This document shows, one piece after another, positions 8,476-17,517 of a stretch of 30,171 nt of DNA. Each line of letters begins with the position of its first letter. Position 1 is the stretch's first letter. The stretch lies in the IMG/VR virus record IMGVR_UViG_3300030330_002901, positions 1 through 30,171 of that record, one strand, 5' to 3'. The DNA comes from a virus (taxonomy: Duplodnaviria; Caudoviricetes). Below the pieces are notes generated by a model. The model was not told where the DNA came from and searched no databases. It was given only the letters and a program-made list of their open reading frames with translations. A program made the position numbers and the translations under genes.

Positions 8476-9507
8476 TTAAGTACAAGCGTTTTTACTTACT
8501 ACTACTCCATTTCTAATTCCAACAGACTGACCATTTGCATCAATAACATAACCTATGGTATTAGTATCGTTCAAATATGTAGTTCCATCTGAATCAGTAA
8601 ATACAAAATTACCCACCTCAGGAGTAGTATTAGTATCTGGTGTAATACCCGATCCCCCTGCGAAAACAGCATTTGGTGCAAAATAATATGTTGTTGTTGT
8701 TGCCCCACAGTTTTGATTAGGTTGTAATGCAGTACCTTGCCAACTTGGAAGTGCGGCTGGGCATAACAATTTAAACTGAAATACAGTTCCACAAATAGGT
8801 GCAGACACATCTATATTTACAGTTGTTGGTGTTAATGTGGTTTTAGGAATTACACCAGTAAATACTTGTGATGCTCCATTATTTGTACCAATATTGTTGA
8901 CACCTATGGTTACATTGGATGTAGTTCCTTGAGATACATATGAACCTCCAGTAAGAAGAAAGTCTTCTAAAGCCCCACCTTCTGTTGGGCATGTAATGGA
9001 TGGATCATTATATGGTGAGTTGGCTAAAGCTAAAGCTACAGATGTACCAGCTCCCATATAAGTAAATTCACCAGCAGCATTGTTAATACCTGCATAATCT
9101 ACTTGAGTACCATTACCATCATATATAGAGGTTGCCGCTGCATCGTGATTGCCTTTACAAGTAAACCTATTAAAGACTGTACTATTGTATGTCATTCTCA
9201 TTCCATCTAATACTATATTACCATAATAAGAATAAACTAATATCGCACCAGTGCTATTTGCAACATCTATATTTGCTTGGAATCTACCATTACCTGAGGC
9301 TGATGCATTCACACCTGAACCACAAGGTGCGGCACAAGAGCTACATGGTTGGGCATTTAACAACACACCATTTAATTGTCTTCTAACTATACCTGCATTT
9401 GAGTAAAAACCATCAGGTGCGAGGGTAGTCAAAGTAGAATTAGTAAATACAGCAGTTGCTTGTGCAAAGTCATTACCATTAAAAAAATATGTTCCTATTG
9501 CCGCCAT
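8476..9507 (-). CDS. Virion structural protein (tail-associated, beta-rich, Cys-containing modules), 343 aa
   Basis: Thr/Gly/Asn-rich. Its N- and C-terminal modules resemble the last module of the 1611-aa protein. It lies inside the tail gene block. Confidence 0.6.
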   Translation of the reverse strand: MAAIGTYFFNGNDFAQATAVFTNSTLTTLAPDGFYSNAGIVRRQLNGVLLNAQPCSSCAAPCGSGVNASASGNGRFQANIDVANSTGAILVYSYYGNIVLDGMRMTYNSTVFNRFTCKGNHDAAATSIYDGNGTQVDYAGINNAAGEFTYMGAGTSVALALANSPYNDPSITCPTEGGALEDFLLTGGSYVSQGTTSNVTIGVNNIGTNNGASQVFTGVIPKTTLTPTTVNIDVSAPICGTVFQFKLLCPAALPSWQGTALQPNQNCGATTTTYYFAPNAVFAGGSGITPDTNTTPEVGNFVFTDSDGTTYLNDTNTIGYVIDANGQSVGIRNGVVVSKNACT

Positions 9508-9516
9508 AATTCAAAT

Positions 9517-12500
9517 TTAACAATTTTGTAAGTCAATCACCAAGCCATTTGCACCTATAATAATATATTGGTTTGGAGAATTATTTATTTTATAAAACCC
9601 AGCTACTGCATAGTTTACTGTTCCACTAATTACATCTTCACAGTTTGATGAAGTATACACAAGATCACCGATAGCTGGTAAAGCACCACTACCATTGTGA
9701 TAATTAGTATTGCTTAATACTTGTGAACAGACTAATGCAGCCGACTCCCCAACTGGACTTATGCTAAATGCTACACAGTTCCAAGTACACAAGCAACAAG
9801 CATCATCAGCAGAGGATGCATCATAACAAAGTTGCTGTGTTCCGACTGTTCTTAAGTCATATATAATGTATAAGTATTGGTTACCAATAGGTAAAGACAA
9901 GTTAGAAACAGTTGCTTGGTGTAAACCAGGTGATGGGTTAGTTACTGATCCATTTGGTATTTGTGTTGATGCCGCTAAAAGACTTGCTACATCAGTTGTA
10001 TTGTTTTGAAACAGAGTGTTAGATGATAAAAACCTAAAATTATCTGAAGGAAATATAAAGTCATATGTGTCAAAATTAACTTTATTAAGTCTTATAGAAA
10101 GATTTACACCATCATAAGGAAATACTCCTTGTGATCTAACTCCAGTTTGTGGTAGGTATTCACTAAAAATTACTGGGCTATTTCCAAGAACTGCTAAGTC
10201 ACTATCAATAGGACTAAATGTTACTCCATCATTCCAAGAATATTCAACATGAATTGTTTCTGCATTATCGTTAGGTGAATTTATTACCGCCTTGATAACT
10301 GTAATTTCTGTTTGTGGTATACACTTTGGAGTTACACTAAATGAAGGTGTTGGGCTACCTATTGGAACTATACTAATAAGTGCAGTGCTTGGAGAACCCG
10401 CAGACTTGTTAAATGTAAAACTACCAGTACCAGTTACATTACCCGAGGAAGTTGTTACACTATTCCATGTAACATCTATTTTTATTGTACCACTTGTTAT
10501 ATTATATTCTATCTCTCCTACCCCAACTGTTTGTCCATAGTTAATTGTATATGTTACTGCATTAGTAAGTGCAGTAAAGTCTATTTGAACATCACAATCT
10601 AAATTAGGAACTGGTATTGGAACTGGCCTTTGATTGGTACTCAAGACATACTCATCCATATATGGATCAAACCCACCGAGTTTTTGTGTGTTTAGTTGTG
10701 CAATAAATGTATCTCTAAACCATGATCGCATACCAGTATCTGATATAACTGTTAAATCAGAACCAAGTTGTCCACTTGCACCCAATCTTAAAACAGCTAA
10801 TCTTTTGGTGTCAGTAAAATACATATACTTACCCCACTGCACAAAACTTTCTGGGTTATAGCTTATGCCATACTCTTCTATTCTTGCTATTTGTTTACCT
10901 AAAACAGTTGGTGTTGAAACTATTGCACCCCCTCCTACTGAATCACTAATTAAATCTTTACCCGATTGTACATAGCTTATGCGGTCTTCTTGTAAACACA
11001 ATATGTCTGTTTCTCTGCCATGAAATTTATTGATAGGTCCGAAAGAAGTTTCTACATCTTGAAAATTAACCAGCCCTAAATTAAACTCATTTAAATTATT
11101 TATACCGCTTGAGAACCCAAACTTACCACTATATGTAACAGATGCAAATCTGTCTGCCTCTTTGAAGTCTTGGTTCGAAACTGCCAAGGCTCTTTGCCCC
11201 ATAACTACAGACCTTGATGCCAATCGATCTTGATACTTGTAACTTTCAACTCCATTACCAAAAGTATAGCAATCCATAAAGTCTAACGAAACTACTGCAT
11301 CTTGAGAAGTAGTTTGGTTCTGCTCACCTAAGTCTACATTACCACCTGATTGATGTAAATAAACACCACTACCATCTCTTACTACATCAAAGGTTTGAGA
11401 TGCATCTAAAAATATACCTTCACTTGCATCTGCAGGTTGTGTTTCAAAAACTATTGTTGAGTCTGCTCTTTGCACAACTATATCTATAAATACTTTCATA
11501 TCTCTACTCAAACCAAAATTAGAGTCTGAACCCTTACCAGGACATCTAAATCCAAGGAATAAAGGACTTGTAGCATCACCTGGTATATCTTGTATGAAAG
11601 CTAATTTACCAGTAAATATCTGTCCATTACATGGAACATTGTGTGCATTTTTACCAGTACTGGCTTGATTTGGATCGAGCCCACCTGGACCTCCTCGGCT
11701 AACAACCGCGGAATCATATGTCATTACTGCACCAGTTCCAACTCCTATCTCTATAAGTAAATCATTTACATCTATGTTGGTATTATTAAACCAATCTCTA
11801 AAATCATTATAGTCTGAATCTGCAACAAAACTCTTTTCAAATATAGCCTCTCTTTGTGGTGCTCCTCCTATACCATTATCTCTTCTTTTAAAACCGAATC
11901 TTAAATTTATAATAGAACCACCTGGTATGGTATAGTTAGTTGTGGATGCTGGGGTTGCTCCACTTGCAGGTGTAAAGACATAAAGTGGATATGATACAGT
12001 TAGTTTATTTGAACAAACATTTTCTGTTTTATTTCCCCTTTCAAATTTACCATAGTCCATTATAGAATCATCTTCTATAACTGCATTGAAATTAGAAACT
12101 TTAATTTGCATATATAGTCCTGCTAATTGTTCTGAGTCTTCTCCAAGCTCATTTGCATTATTTAAAAAGTTACTTGGCTGACCTTTTACATCTAATACAG
12201 TAGCCTCGACTACTGATGCCAAAGCTCCATCTACATCTTTTTTAACTATCAACTTATCTCCAGTTTGAACTTTGTTTTGATTATCTCCATCTAATTTAAA
12301 ATGTGTTACATTGTCAAATGGATTTGTATAAAAGAAATTAGTAAATATAGTTTCATATCCACTTTTACTTGGCTTTACAACAAACTTATATTTTTTAGCA
12401 AACGATGGTGCATAACTATTTATGGCTACATTTATACGATTTTTAAATATACTATTTGCTGGAGGTACATATACAGTATTATACTCTGAAACCAATACTG

Positions 12501-14352
12501 TAGATGCTCTTGCAAACTCATCTAAATAAACAATACCCACTTCGAAATCTCTATTACTATGTAGTGTGTTTTTATTACTGTCAGAAGAAAACTCTGCCGA
12601 GCCTCTCAAAAATCTATAGTATTCGTAAAGCTCAGTAGATTGTCCTAAATCTGAACTTATAAATTTTGTAGCTAAAATTTGTAGGCTTATTGTGTTAGAG
12701 CCTTGCAAACAAGTAATTGCAAAACCTTGTTGTGTTGTGCTATCATTAATTGATGTTAGTGCAGTTGTAAAAGAACAAGTAGTTGATGGTGGTACTAATG
12801 CAGCATTAAATGCATCAGTCAATGAAGTTCCTTGTGATGCAGTTGCAATAGGTTCGAAGTTTTGATTTAAAACTGTACCAATAGCGTTTGTGAAGTCTGC
12901 ACTTGTAGAAAAATCAAAGACACTCGAATAGTCTGCTGTTAATAATATATTAGCTACTATTGTGGTGTCAGCAGTTTTGAAACCAGTGTTTGCTACGAAA
13001 CAATTAGTAGTTGTTGTGCCATTTAGTTCTGCATGTTGGTATCGCAATGTAAGTGATAGTGTTGCCCCTTGTTTTAGTTTTGTTGCTATTGAAGATAAAT
13101 CAAAAGAGCATAAAGAGTTTTGAACTACTGTGCTTGTGCTTGGGTTTATACTATATGTAGATCCTTGAGTTAATACACCATTAGGTAAAACCTCGAAATC
13201 TACAGACTGTGAAAGTAAACTTGCATTGTAATTTACTGCTATATCTTGTCCAGTTTCAGAGGTTATATTGTAACCATCTACATAGTTTCCATAAAATAAT
13301 CTGTTACCCATAATAGTTTGAGCTCGTGCCAGTCGTGGAACATTGTCATACAATCTGAGAAGTTCATCAGAACCTAAAACTGAATATATCTTGCTATTTG
13401 TAAATACATATTCTTGATGTTGATTATTACCCCATCCAAAATCTGCCTTATTGAATCTTTCAATTACATATATGCTATTGGTATTGGAATCTTTATATAA
13501 TAAGTCTACTTCAATTACTCTATCACTACCAGTACTAAACTCAACTCTTGCACCATTAAAAGTATTAGACATACCAGCGTTGTCAAAGTTTCTTGTGTCA
13601 AACCTAAAATTACTTGGCTGAAATGCTGGGTTAGTAAATAAAGATGTTGCACTATACTCACCATTTTTGTATCGGTATCTATAAGCAAAACTTATAAATC
13701 TATCCTCAATAAAATTTTCTCCACCAGTAGCATTTATCAAAGTAACTCTTGGTACAGTAAGTGGAGTATCTCCGCTTGGGGTACTATCTTCAAAACCAGG
13801 TGGCTTAAGTATTACCGATATGTCTTCTTCTTCTATACCATCTACTCCTAATGCTGTAGTAAAAGGATAATTTTCATTTACATTTATTCTTCTTGGTGGA
13901 TTTTTGTCATCGGTAAAAAAGAGTAAGTTCTCTATTTTATTTACTCCAGTAACTAAAAACTCAGGATCAAAATTTAATACTGAAGCTGTAATAACATGGT
14001 ATCTTAATTGTGAGGTAGTGGTATTGAAAGATACTATCATATCTAATTTGCCTCCCGCCACCACATTGTTTGCAGGATCATGAACAAACCAATATATGGT
14101 TTCTTGTGCTCCATCTTCTAATGCCCCAATACACCTTGCAGAGTTTGATAAGGGTTGACCTCCAAAACTTAAAGTTGTGAGTTGTTCGTTACCCCTTGAG
14201 TTTTCTACTGCACCTATCTCAGTGCTTTCGGTAGAACCAAGTCTTACATTTTGTGCATCAACATACTCTCCCTCAGGCAAAAGTCTTTCATCGATAGACT
14301 TATTCATTCTGCCTTTTACAAAAGAAACAAAATCAATTTTACCTCCAGCCAT
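9517..14352 (-). CDS. Tail stabilisation/nozzle protein (P22 gp10-like, crAss-like muzzle), 1611 aa
   Basis: N-terminus FVKGRMNKSIDERLLPEGEYVDAQNVR...GAVEN; internal LLFFTDDKNPPRRIN, DNVPRLARAQTIMGNRLFYGNYVDGY, GNGVES, FGPINK, EEYGISYNPESF, YFTDTKR and LGGFDPYMDEYVL. Size and position also fit. Confidence 0.8.
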   Translation of the reverse strand: MAGGKIDFVSFVKGRMNKSIDERLLPEGEYVDAQNVRLGSTESTEIGAVENSRGNEQLTTLSFGGQPLSNSARCIGALEDGAQETIYWFVHDPANNVVAGGKLDMIVSFNTTTSQLRYHVITASVLNFDPEFLVTGVNKIENLLFFTDDKNPPRRINVNENYPFTTALGVDGIEEEDISVILKPPGFEDSTPSGDTPLTVPRVTLINATGGENFIEDRFISFAYRYRYKNGEYSATSLFTNPAFQPSNFRFDTRNFDNAGMSNTFNGARVEFSTGSDRVIEVDLLYKDSNTNSIYVIERFNKADFGWGNNQHQEYVFTNSKIYSVLGSDELLRLYDNVPRLARAQTIMGNRLFYGNYVDGYNITSETGQDIAVNYNASLLSQSVDFEVLPNGVLTQGSTYSINPSTSTVVQNSLCSFDLSSIATKLKQGATLSLTLRYQHAELNGTTTTNCFVANTGFKTADTTIVANILLTADYSSVFDFSTSADFTNAIGTVLNQNFEPIATASQGTSLTDAFNAALVPPSTTCSFTTALTSINDSTTQQGFAITCLQGSNTISLQILATKFISSDLGQSTELYEYYRFLRGSAEFSSDSNKNTLHSNRDFEVGIVYLDEFARASTVLVSEYNTVYVPPANSIFKNRINVAINSYAPSFAKKYKFVVKPSKSGYETIFTNFFYTNPFDNVTHFKLDGDNQNKVQTGDKLIVKKDVDGALASVVEATVLDVKGQPSNFLNNANELGEDSEQLAGLYMQIKVSNFNAVIEDDSIMDYGKFERGNKTENVCSNKLTVSYPLYVFTPASGATPASTTNYTIPGGSIINLRFGFKRRDNGIGGAPQREAIFEKSFVADSDYNDFRDWFNNTNIDVNDLLIEIGVGTGAVMTYDSAVVSRGGPGGLDPNQASTGKNAHNVPCNGQIFTGKLAFIQDIPGDATSPLFLGFRCPGKGSDSNFGLSRDMKVFIDIVVQRADSTIVFETQPADASEGIFLDASQTFDVVRDGSGVYLHQSGGNVDLGEQNQTTSQDAVVSLDFMDCYTFGNGVESYKYQDRLASRSVVMGQRALAVSNQDFKEADRFASVTYSGKFGFSSGINNLNEFNLGLVNFQDVETSFGPINKFHGRETDILCLQEDRISYVQSGKDLISDSVGGGAIVSTPTVLGKQIARIEEYGISYNPESFVQWGKYMYFTDTKRLAVLRLGASGQLGSDLTVISDTGMRSWFRDTFIAQLNTQKLGGFDPYMDEYVLSTNQRPVPIPVPNLDCDVQIDFTALTNAVTYTINYGQTVGVGEIEYNITSGTIKIDVTWNSVTTSSGNVTGTGSFTFNKSAGSPSTALISIVPIGSPTPSFSVTPKCIPQTEITVIKAVINSPNDNAETIHVEYSWNDGVTFSPIDSDLAVLGNSPVIFSEYLPQTGVRSQGVFPYDGVNLSIRLNKVNFDTYDFIFPSDNFRFLSSNTLFQNNTTDVASLLAASTQIPNGSVTNPSPGLHQATVSNLSLPIGNQYLYIIYDLRTVGTQQLCYDASSADDACCLCTWNCVAFSISPVGESAALVCSQVLSNTNYHNGSGALPAIGDLVYTSSNCEDVISGTVNYAVAGFYKINNSPNQYIIIGANGLVIDLQNC

Positions 14353-14353
14353 A

Positions 14354-15268
14354 TTATTTTATTAGTTTATTCTGACCTCTCATATTCATCAGAAGTCTAC
14401 CAGGATGTATATTACTTAATCTTAATTTAGCATTTCGTAGTAATGAAGATTTATCTTTTCGTGCTCTATTTACTATAAATTCTTGTACACCTGCTCTACT
14501 ATTAAGTATTGCATATTTTATATAAGCATATATAAATTCTTCAAACAATTTGTTTACAGTAACCAAAGAGTCATTTCCATTTTCCATACCATCAGAAACA
14601 TATTCTAATACTATTGAGTCACTACCACCCGCAGTGCTAAAATATATTTTACCAGCTTGTTTGTCTATTTTGAATGTTGGGTTTTGATTTGCAGTTTCTG
14701 TGTTTAAACCAAACCTTGAACCTATTTGGTAATCAAAATACCAACAACCATCTACACAAAAACCTTCACATCCATCAAACATATTGCCAGGGTTTAAGTA
14801 TATTGATCTGGTTGCTCGACTCAAATCAACTTCAGAATCTTGTGGTTGCAAAGCATTGCCATCTTGGTCGAATAAAATATTACTATTATTGTCTTGTAAG
14901 TATGCACTACTCCAATTAGTTTGAATATTTTCAGTTAAAGGATAAAGAACACCATCTTTGTATTGAGATATTCTAACCCAATTAACATAGTCTGAAGGCA
15001 GAGTATAACTAAATTGATGATCTAAAGTTAATTGCAATATTTTAATTTCTTTCATTGCATCATAATTTAGTTCTTGTATACCTCGTTTTGCATGAAACAG
15101 AACTTGGTATCTTTCTAAATTATTTAACAACTCATGATTACCTTGGTACATGAGCATAAAATTATTTACAATATCTTTCAATGAAACATATTGATATGAT
15201 CCTTGATTTAAATTGTTTGGTGCATTACCATTATTTTCGTAATATGTAAATTGTGATATATATGTCAT
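14354..15268 (-). CDS. Tail/neck ring structural protein, 304 aa
   Basis: Directly upstream of the nozzle gene. Motifs FHAKRGIQELNYD, YTLPSDYVNWVRIS, IVLEYVSDG and NAKLRLSN resemble adaptor/ring proteins. Confidence 0.65.
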   Translation of the reverse strand: MTYISQFTYYENNGNAPNNLNQGSYQYVSLKDIVNNFMLMYQGNHELLNNLERYQVLFHAKRGIQELNYDAMKEIKILQLTLDHQFSYTLPSDYVNWVRISQYKDGVLYPLTENIQTNWSSAYLQDNNSNILFDQDGNALQPQDSEVDLSRATRSIYLNPGNMFDGCEGFCVDGCWYFDYQIGSRFGLNTETANQNPTFKIDKQAGKIYFSTAGGSDSIVLEYVSDGMENGNDSLVTVNKLFEEFIYAYIKYAILNSRAGVQEFIVNRARKDKSSLLRNAKLRLSNIHPGRLLMNMRGQNKLIK

Positions 15269-15271
15269 GGG

Positions 15272-16282
15272 TTACATTTGTATTTGGTTATCTTGTACTA
15301 TCTCATTTTTACCGAACTCATACACATCTGCCTCTCTAATCTCCACACCAATGTACTGACATATCTTCGCTATCAAACCAGTTTGATCCGAGATTGGTAA
15401 TTCAAAATCTTGATAGTCAGCAGAGGCTTGATTAAACAAAGGCTCTCCATTTACTAAAGTTGTAAATGTCCAATTTGGTGTTACTGGGTATCTGACATAC
15501 TGAACTTGTATTGCACCCTTTTGTCTTATTGTAATCGGATAAACAGTTATGGTATTACCGATATTTGAAGTAGGTCCAGGTTGTTGATTTGATGATGCTC
15601 CACTTAAAATGTATGCAGGAAACTGTGTCGTAGGTGCAGAAAGGTTTGAGCTATTTAAATAATTAATTTTCTGTTGACTAACTCTTTCGACATCAGTAAT
15701 GTTTGTTCCATCATATACAATATAGTTTTGCCCATTAGCCATAATGTCTTCACTCAAGCTCAAAGTAGTATTACTATCTACCGCCACAACAAATGCTTGT
15801 TGCATAGGACTGGATGATGTATTTACCACAATACTTCCAATAGGAGGATTCTGTAAAAAGTTAGATATTACTGGTGCAGAAACAAAACCACCAGTGGCAT
15901 CAATAAGTTTGTATCCTTGTTGAGCAGTGGTTGTACCACTAAATGTAGCAGTAGGATAATATAGAACTTTGTTTATTAAGTAATAGTCTTCGGGAAGTTC
16001 ATATAAACTTGCATTGTTTAAATTAGCTACAGTTTGATCTAAAAAAACTTGTGTAGAAAAGCTATCTATTACTTCTTCAAGTCCTTTCAATAAATTTGCA
16101 TATCCAGTTCCTGAGACTCTTCTATTTTCTTTATTTATATAATTATTATATTGATAAAAATAATCTTCAAATATATCTAATTGAGCTTGTTCGCAATATA
16201 AGTTAAAGTCTTGTGGAGATATATACCCATAATTGTTTTTATTAGCTATAGCTAATACAGTGTTTCTAACTTCATTTATCAT
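15272..16282 (-). CDS. Head-tail adaptor / tail tubular ring protein, 336 aa
   Basis: N-terminal helices (NKNNYGYISPQDFNLYCEQAQLDIF), YELPEDYYLI, VQYVRYP and DFELP, as in P22 gp4-like/crAss ring proteins. Confidence 0.65.
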   Translation of the reverse strand: MINEVRNTVLAIANKNNYGYISPQDFNLYCEQAQLDIFEDYFYQYNNYINKENRRVSGTGYANLLKGLEEVIDSFSTQVFLDQTVANLNNASLYELPEDYYLINKVLYYPTATFSGTTTAQQGYKLIDATGGFVSAPVISNFLQNPPIGSIVVNTSSSPMQQAFVVAVDSNTTLSLSEDIMANGQNYIVYDGTNITDVERVSQQKINYLNSSNLSAPTTQFPAYILSGASSNQQPGPTSNIGNTITVYPITIRQKGAIQVQYVRYPVTPNWTFTTLVNGEPLFNQASADYQDFELPISDQTGLIAKICQYIGVEIREADVYEFGKNEIVQDNQIQM

Positions 16283-16298
16283 GTGAAATGTGTTTCCA

Positions 16299-16306
16299 CA
16301 AAGATA
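16299..16306 (-). promoter_or_regulatory. Bacteroidota -7 promoter element (TATCTTTG)
   Basis: TAnnTTTG just after a terminator U-tract and 16 nt upstream of the ATG at 16282. Confidence 0.7.
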
Positions 16307-16308
16307 AT

Positions 16309-16342
16309 AAAAAAAAAAGAGGGTAAATTATTTACCCCCTTT
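16309..16342 (-). terminator. Intrinsic terminator after the 93-aa gene
   Basis: Minus strand AAAGGGGGTAAA-TAA-TTTACCCTCTTT hairpin (one G-U pair) running into 10 T. Confidence 0.85.
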
Positions 16343-16366
16343 CACTAAAAAATAATGAGCTTACAA

Positions 16367-16648
16367 TTAAGCAATTGCAATTCCACTTACCGCATATGGT
16401 AAATCAGCTACATCTAATACAACTTGATGCCAAGGCTGTTGTTGAACTTTTACAAGAGAATCTTCGACTTTATCTCTTTGAGTTTCATCACCAGCTCCAG
16501 CAGTTGCATGTGTAAGAGTAACAATTTTACCACCAGCATAGTTAATAGTAACAGTAGTCGTACTGCCTTGTTCTACAAGAACAACACCATCAGCGCTTAC
16601 TAATTGTTTTTGCTCACCAGTTACAGGGATATTAAGATATTTTGCCAT
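16367..16648 (-). CDS. Small beta-rich protein, probable capsid decoration/auxiliary virion protein, 93 aa
   Basis: Val/Thr/Gly-rich. It has its own promoter box and terminator and lies two genes downstream of the major capsid gene. Confidence 0.55.
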   Translation of the reverse strand: MAKYLNIPVTGEQKQLVSADGVVLVEQGSTTTVTINYAGGKIVTLTHATAGAGDETQRDKVEDSLVKVQQQPWHQVVLDVADLPYAVSGIAIA

Positions 16649-16676
16649 GTTAAAAATTTTATGGTTAAACTTAATA

Positions 16677-16684
16677 CAAATATA
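16677..16684 (-). promoter_or_regulatory. Bacteroidota -7 promoter element (TATATTTG)
   Basis: TAnnTTTG in the intergenic gap, 28 nt upstream of the ATG at 16648. Confidence 0.65.
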
Positions 16685-16688
16685 ACTA

Positions 16689-17447
16689 TTATTTTTCTTT
16701 GGTGTTTAGCCTCTTTTTCAATAGCTTGAACAACTCTACACCTTCATCACTCATAAAAAATGATGATACTATATAGTATGGATCTTCTCCAAATGGAACA
16801 GTAAGTAGTTTCTTTTTATTTTTTGGTAAATTAAAGTAAACATCTTTCTGTTGATTTTTAAAGACTAAATAAGTTTTGTTAAAAAATTGATAAACAGTAT
16901 CTTGCATTTCTAACATTGGATCATTTAAAGTGTCAATAAAATCAATTGGATTGTTTTTTGCATATAATAGAATATCTCTTCTTAATTCAATAGTTGACAT
17001 TTTCTCAACACCTGAACCCATCAATACTCTGCAAACTGAAACTAATGTATCTACATCTAATTCTTTTGCTAATACTTGAGCATCTAAACCAACTTCAACA
17101 AATTCTAATTCTTCTTTTGCATCTCTTTCTTTATTGATTTCTTCAAAAACAATATTTCTTTGTGGATGATAATATAAGAATTGTTGCAGAACTTGATTTG
17201 TTTTGCCTACAAAAAGAACACCATCTTCAAACACTATAGGTTCTAATATGGCATTGCCATCTTGCTCATCCTCAAAAGGAGACTTTTGGTTTCTTGCGTA
17301 TCTTAAAGGTCTGTTAATTTGTTTCTCTTCATCAAACCACAATAGTGGATATCTGACAGAGTTTCGAGATGCCAGCATGTAGGTAAGTGGGGCAGTCTCT
17401 TGTACGAGTTTATAGAATTTATCTTCTATCTTTTGTTTCTTTTTCAT
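16689..17447 (-). CDS. Conserved phage protein downstream of the major capsid gene, 252 aa
   Basis: Long ORF with phage-like codon use (RPLRYARNQKSPFEDEQ, EPIVFEDG, LQQFLYYHP). Function not recognised. Confidence 0.7.
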   Translation of the reverse strand: MKKKQKIEDKFYKLVQETAPLTYMLASRNSVRYPLLWFDEEKQINRPLRYARNQKSPFEDEQDGNAILEPIVFEDGVLFVGKTNQVLQQFLYYHPQRNIVFEEINKERDAKEELEFVEVGLDAQVLAKELDVDTLVSVCRVLMGSGVEKMSTIELRRDILLYAKNNPIDFIDTLNDPMLEMQDTVYQFFNKTYLVFKNQQKDVYFNLPKNKKKLLTVPFGEDPYYIVSSFFMSDEGVELFKLLKKRLNTKEK

Positions 17448-17472
17448 TTCATTAAATTTTAATTAGATTTTT

Positions 17473-17506
17473 AAAAAATAATTAGGGGTGGTTGCCCACC
17501 CCCAAT
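17473..17506 (-). terminator. Intrinsic terminator after the major capsid gene
   Basis: Minus strand GGGGTGG-GCAA-CCACCCC stem with a GNRA tetraloop, extendable stem and a following TTTTTT. Confidence 0.85.
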
Positions 17507-17517
17507 CATCACAATTA

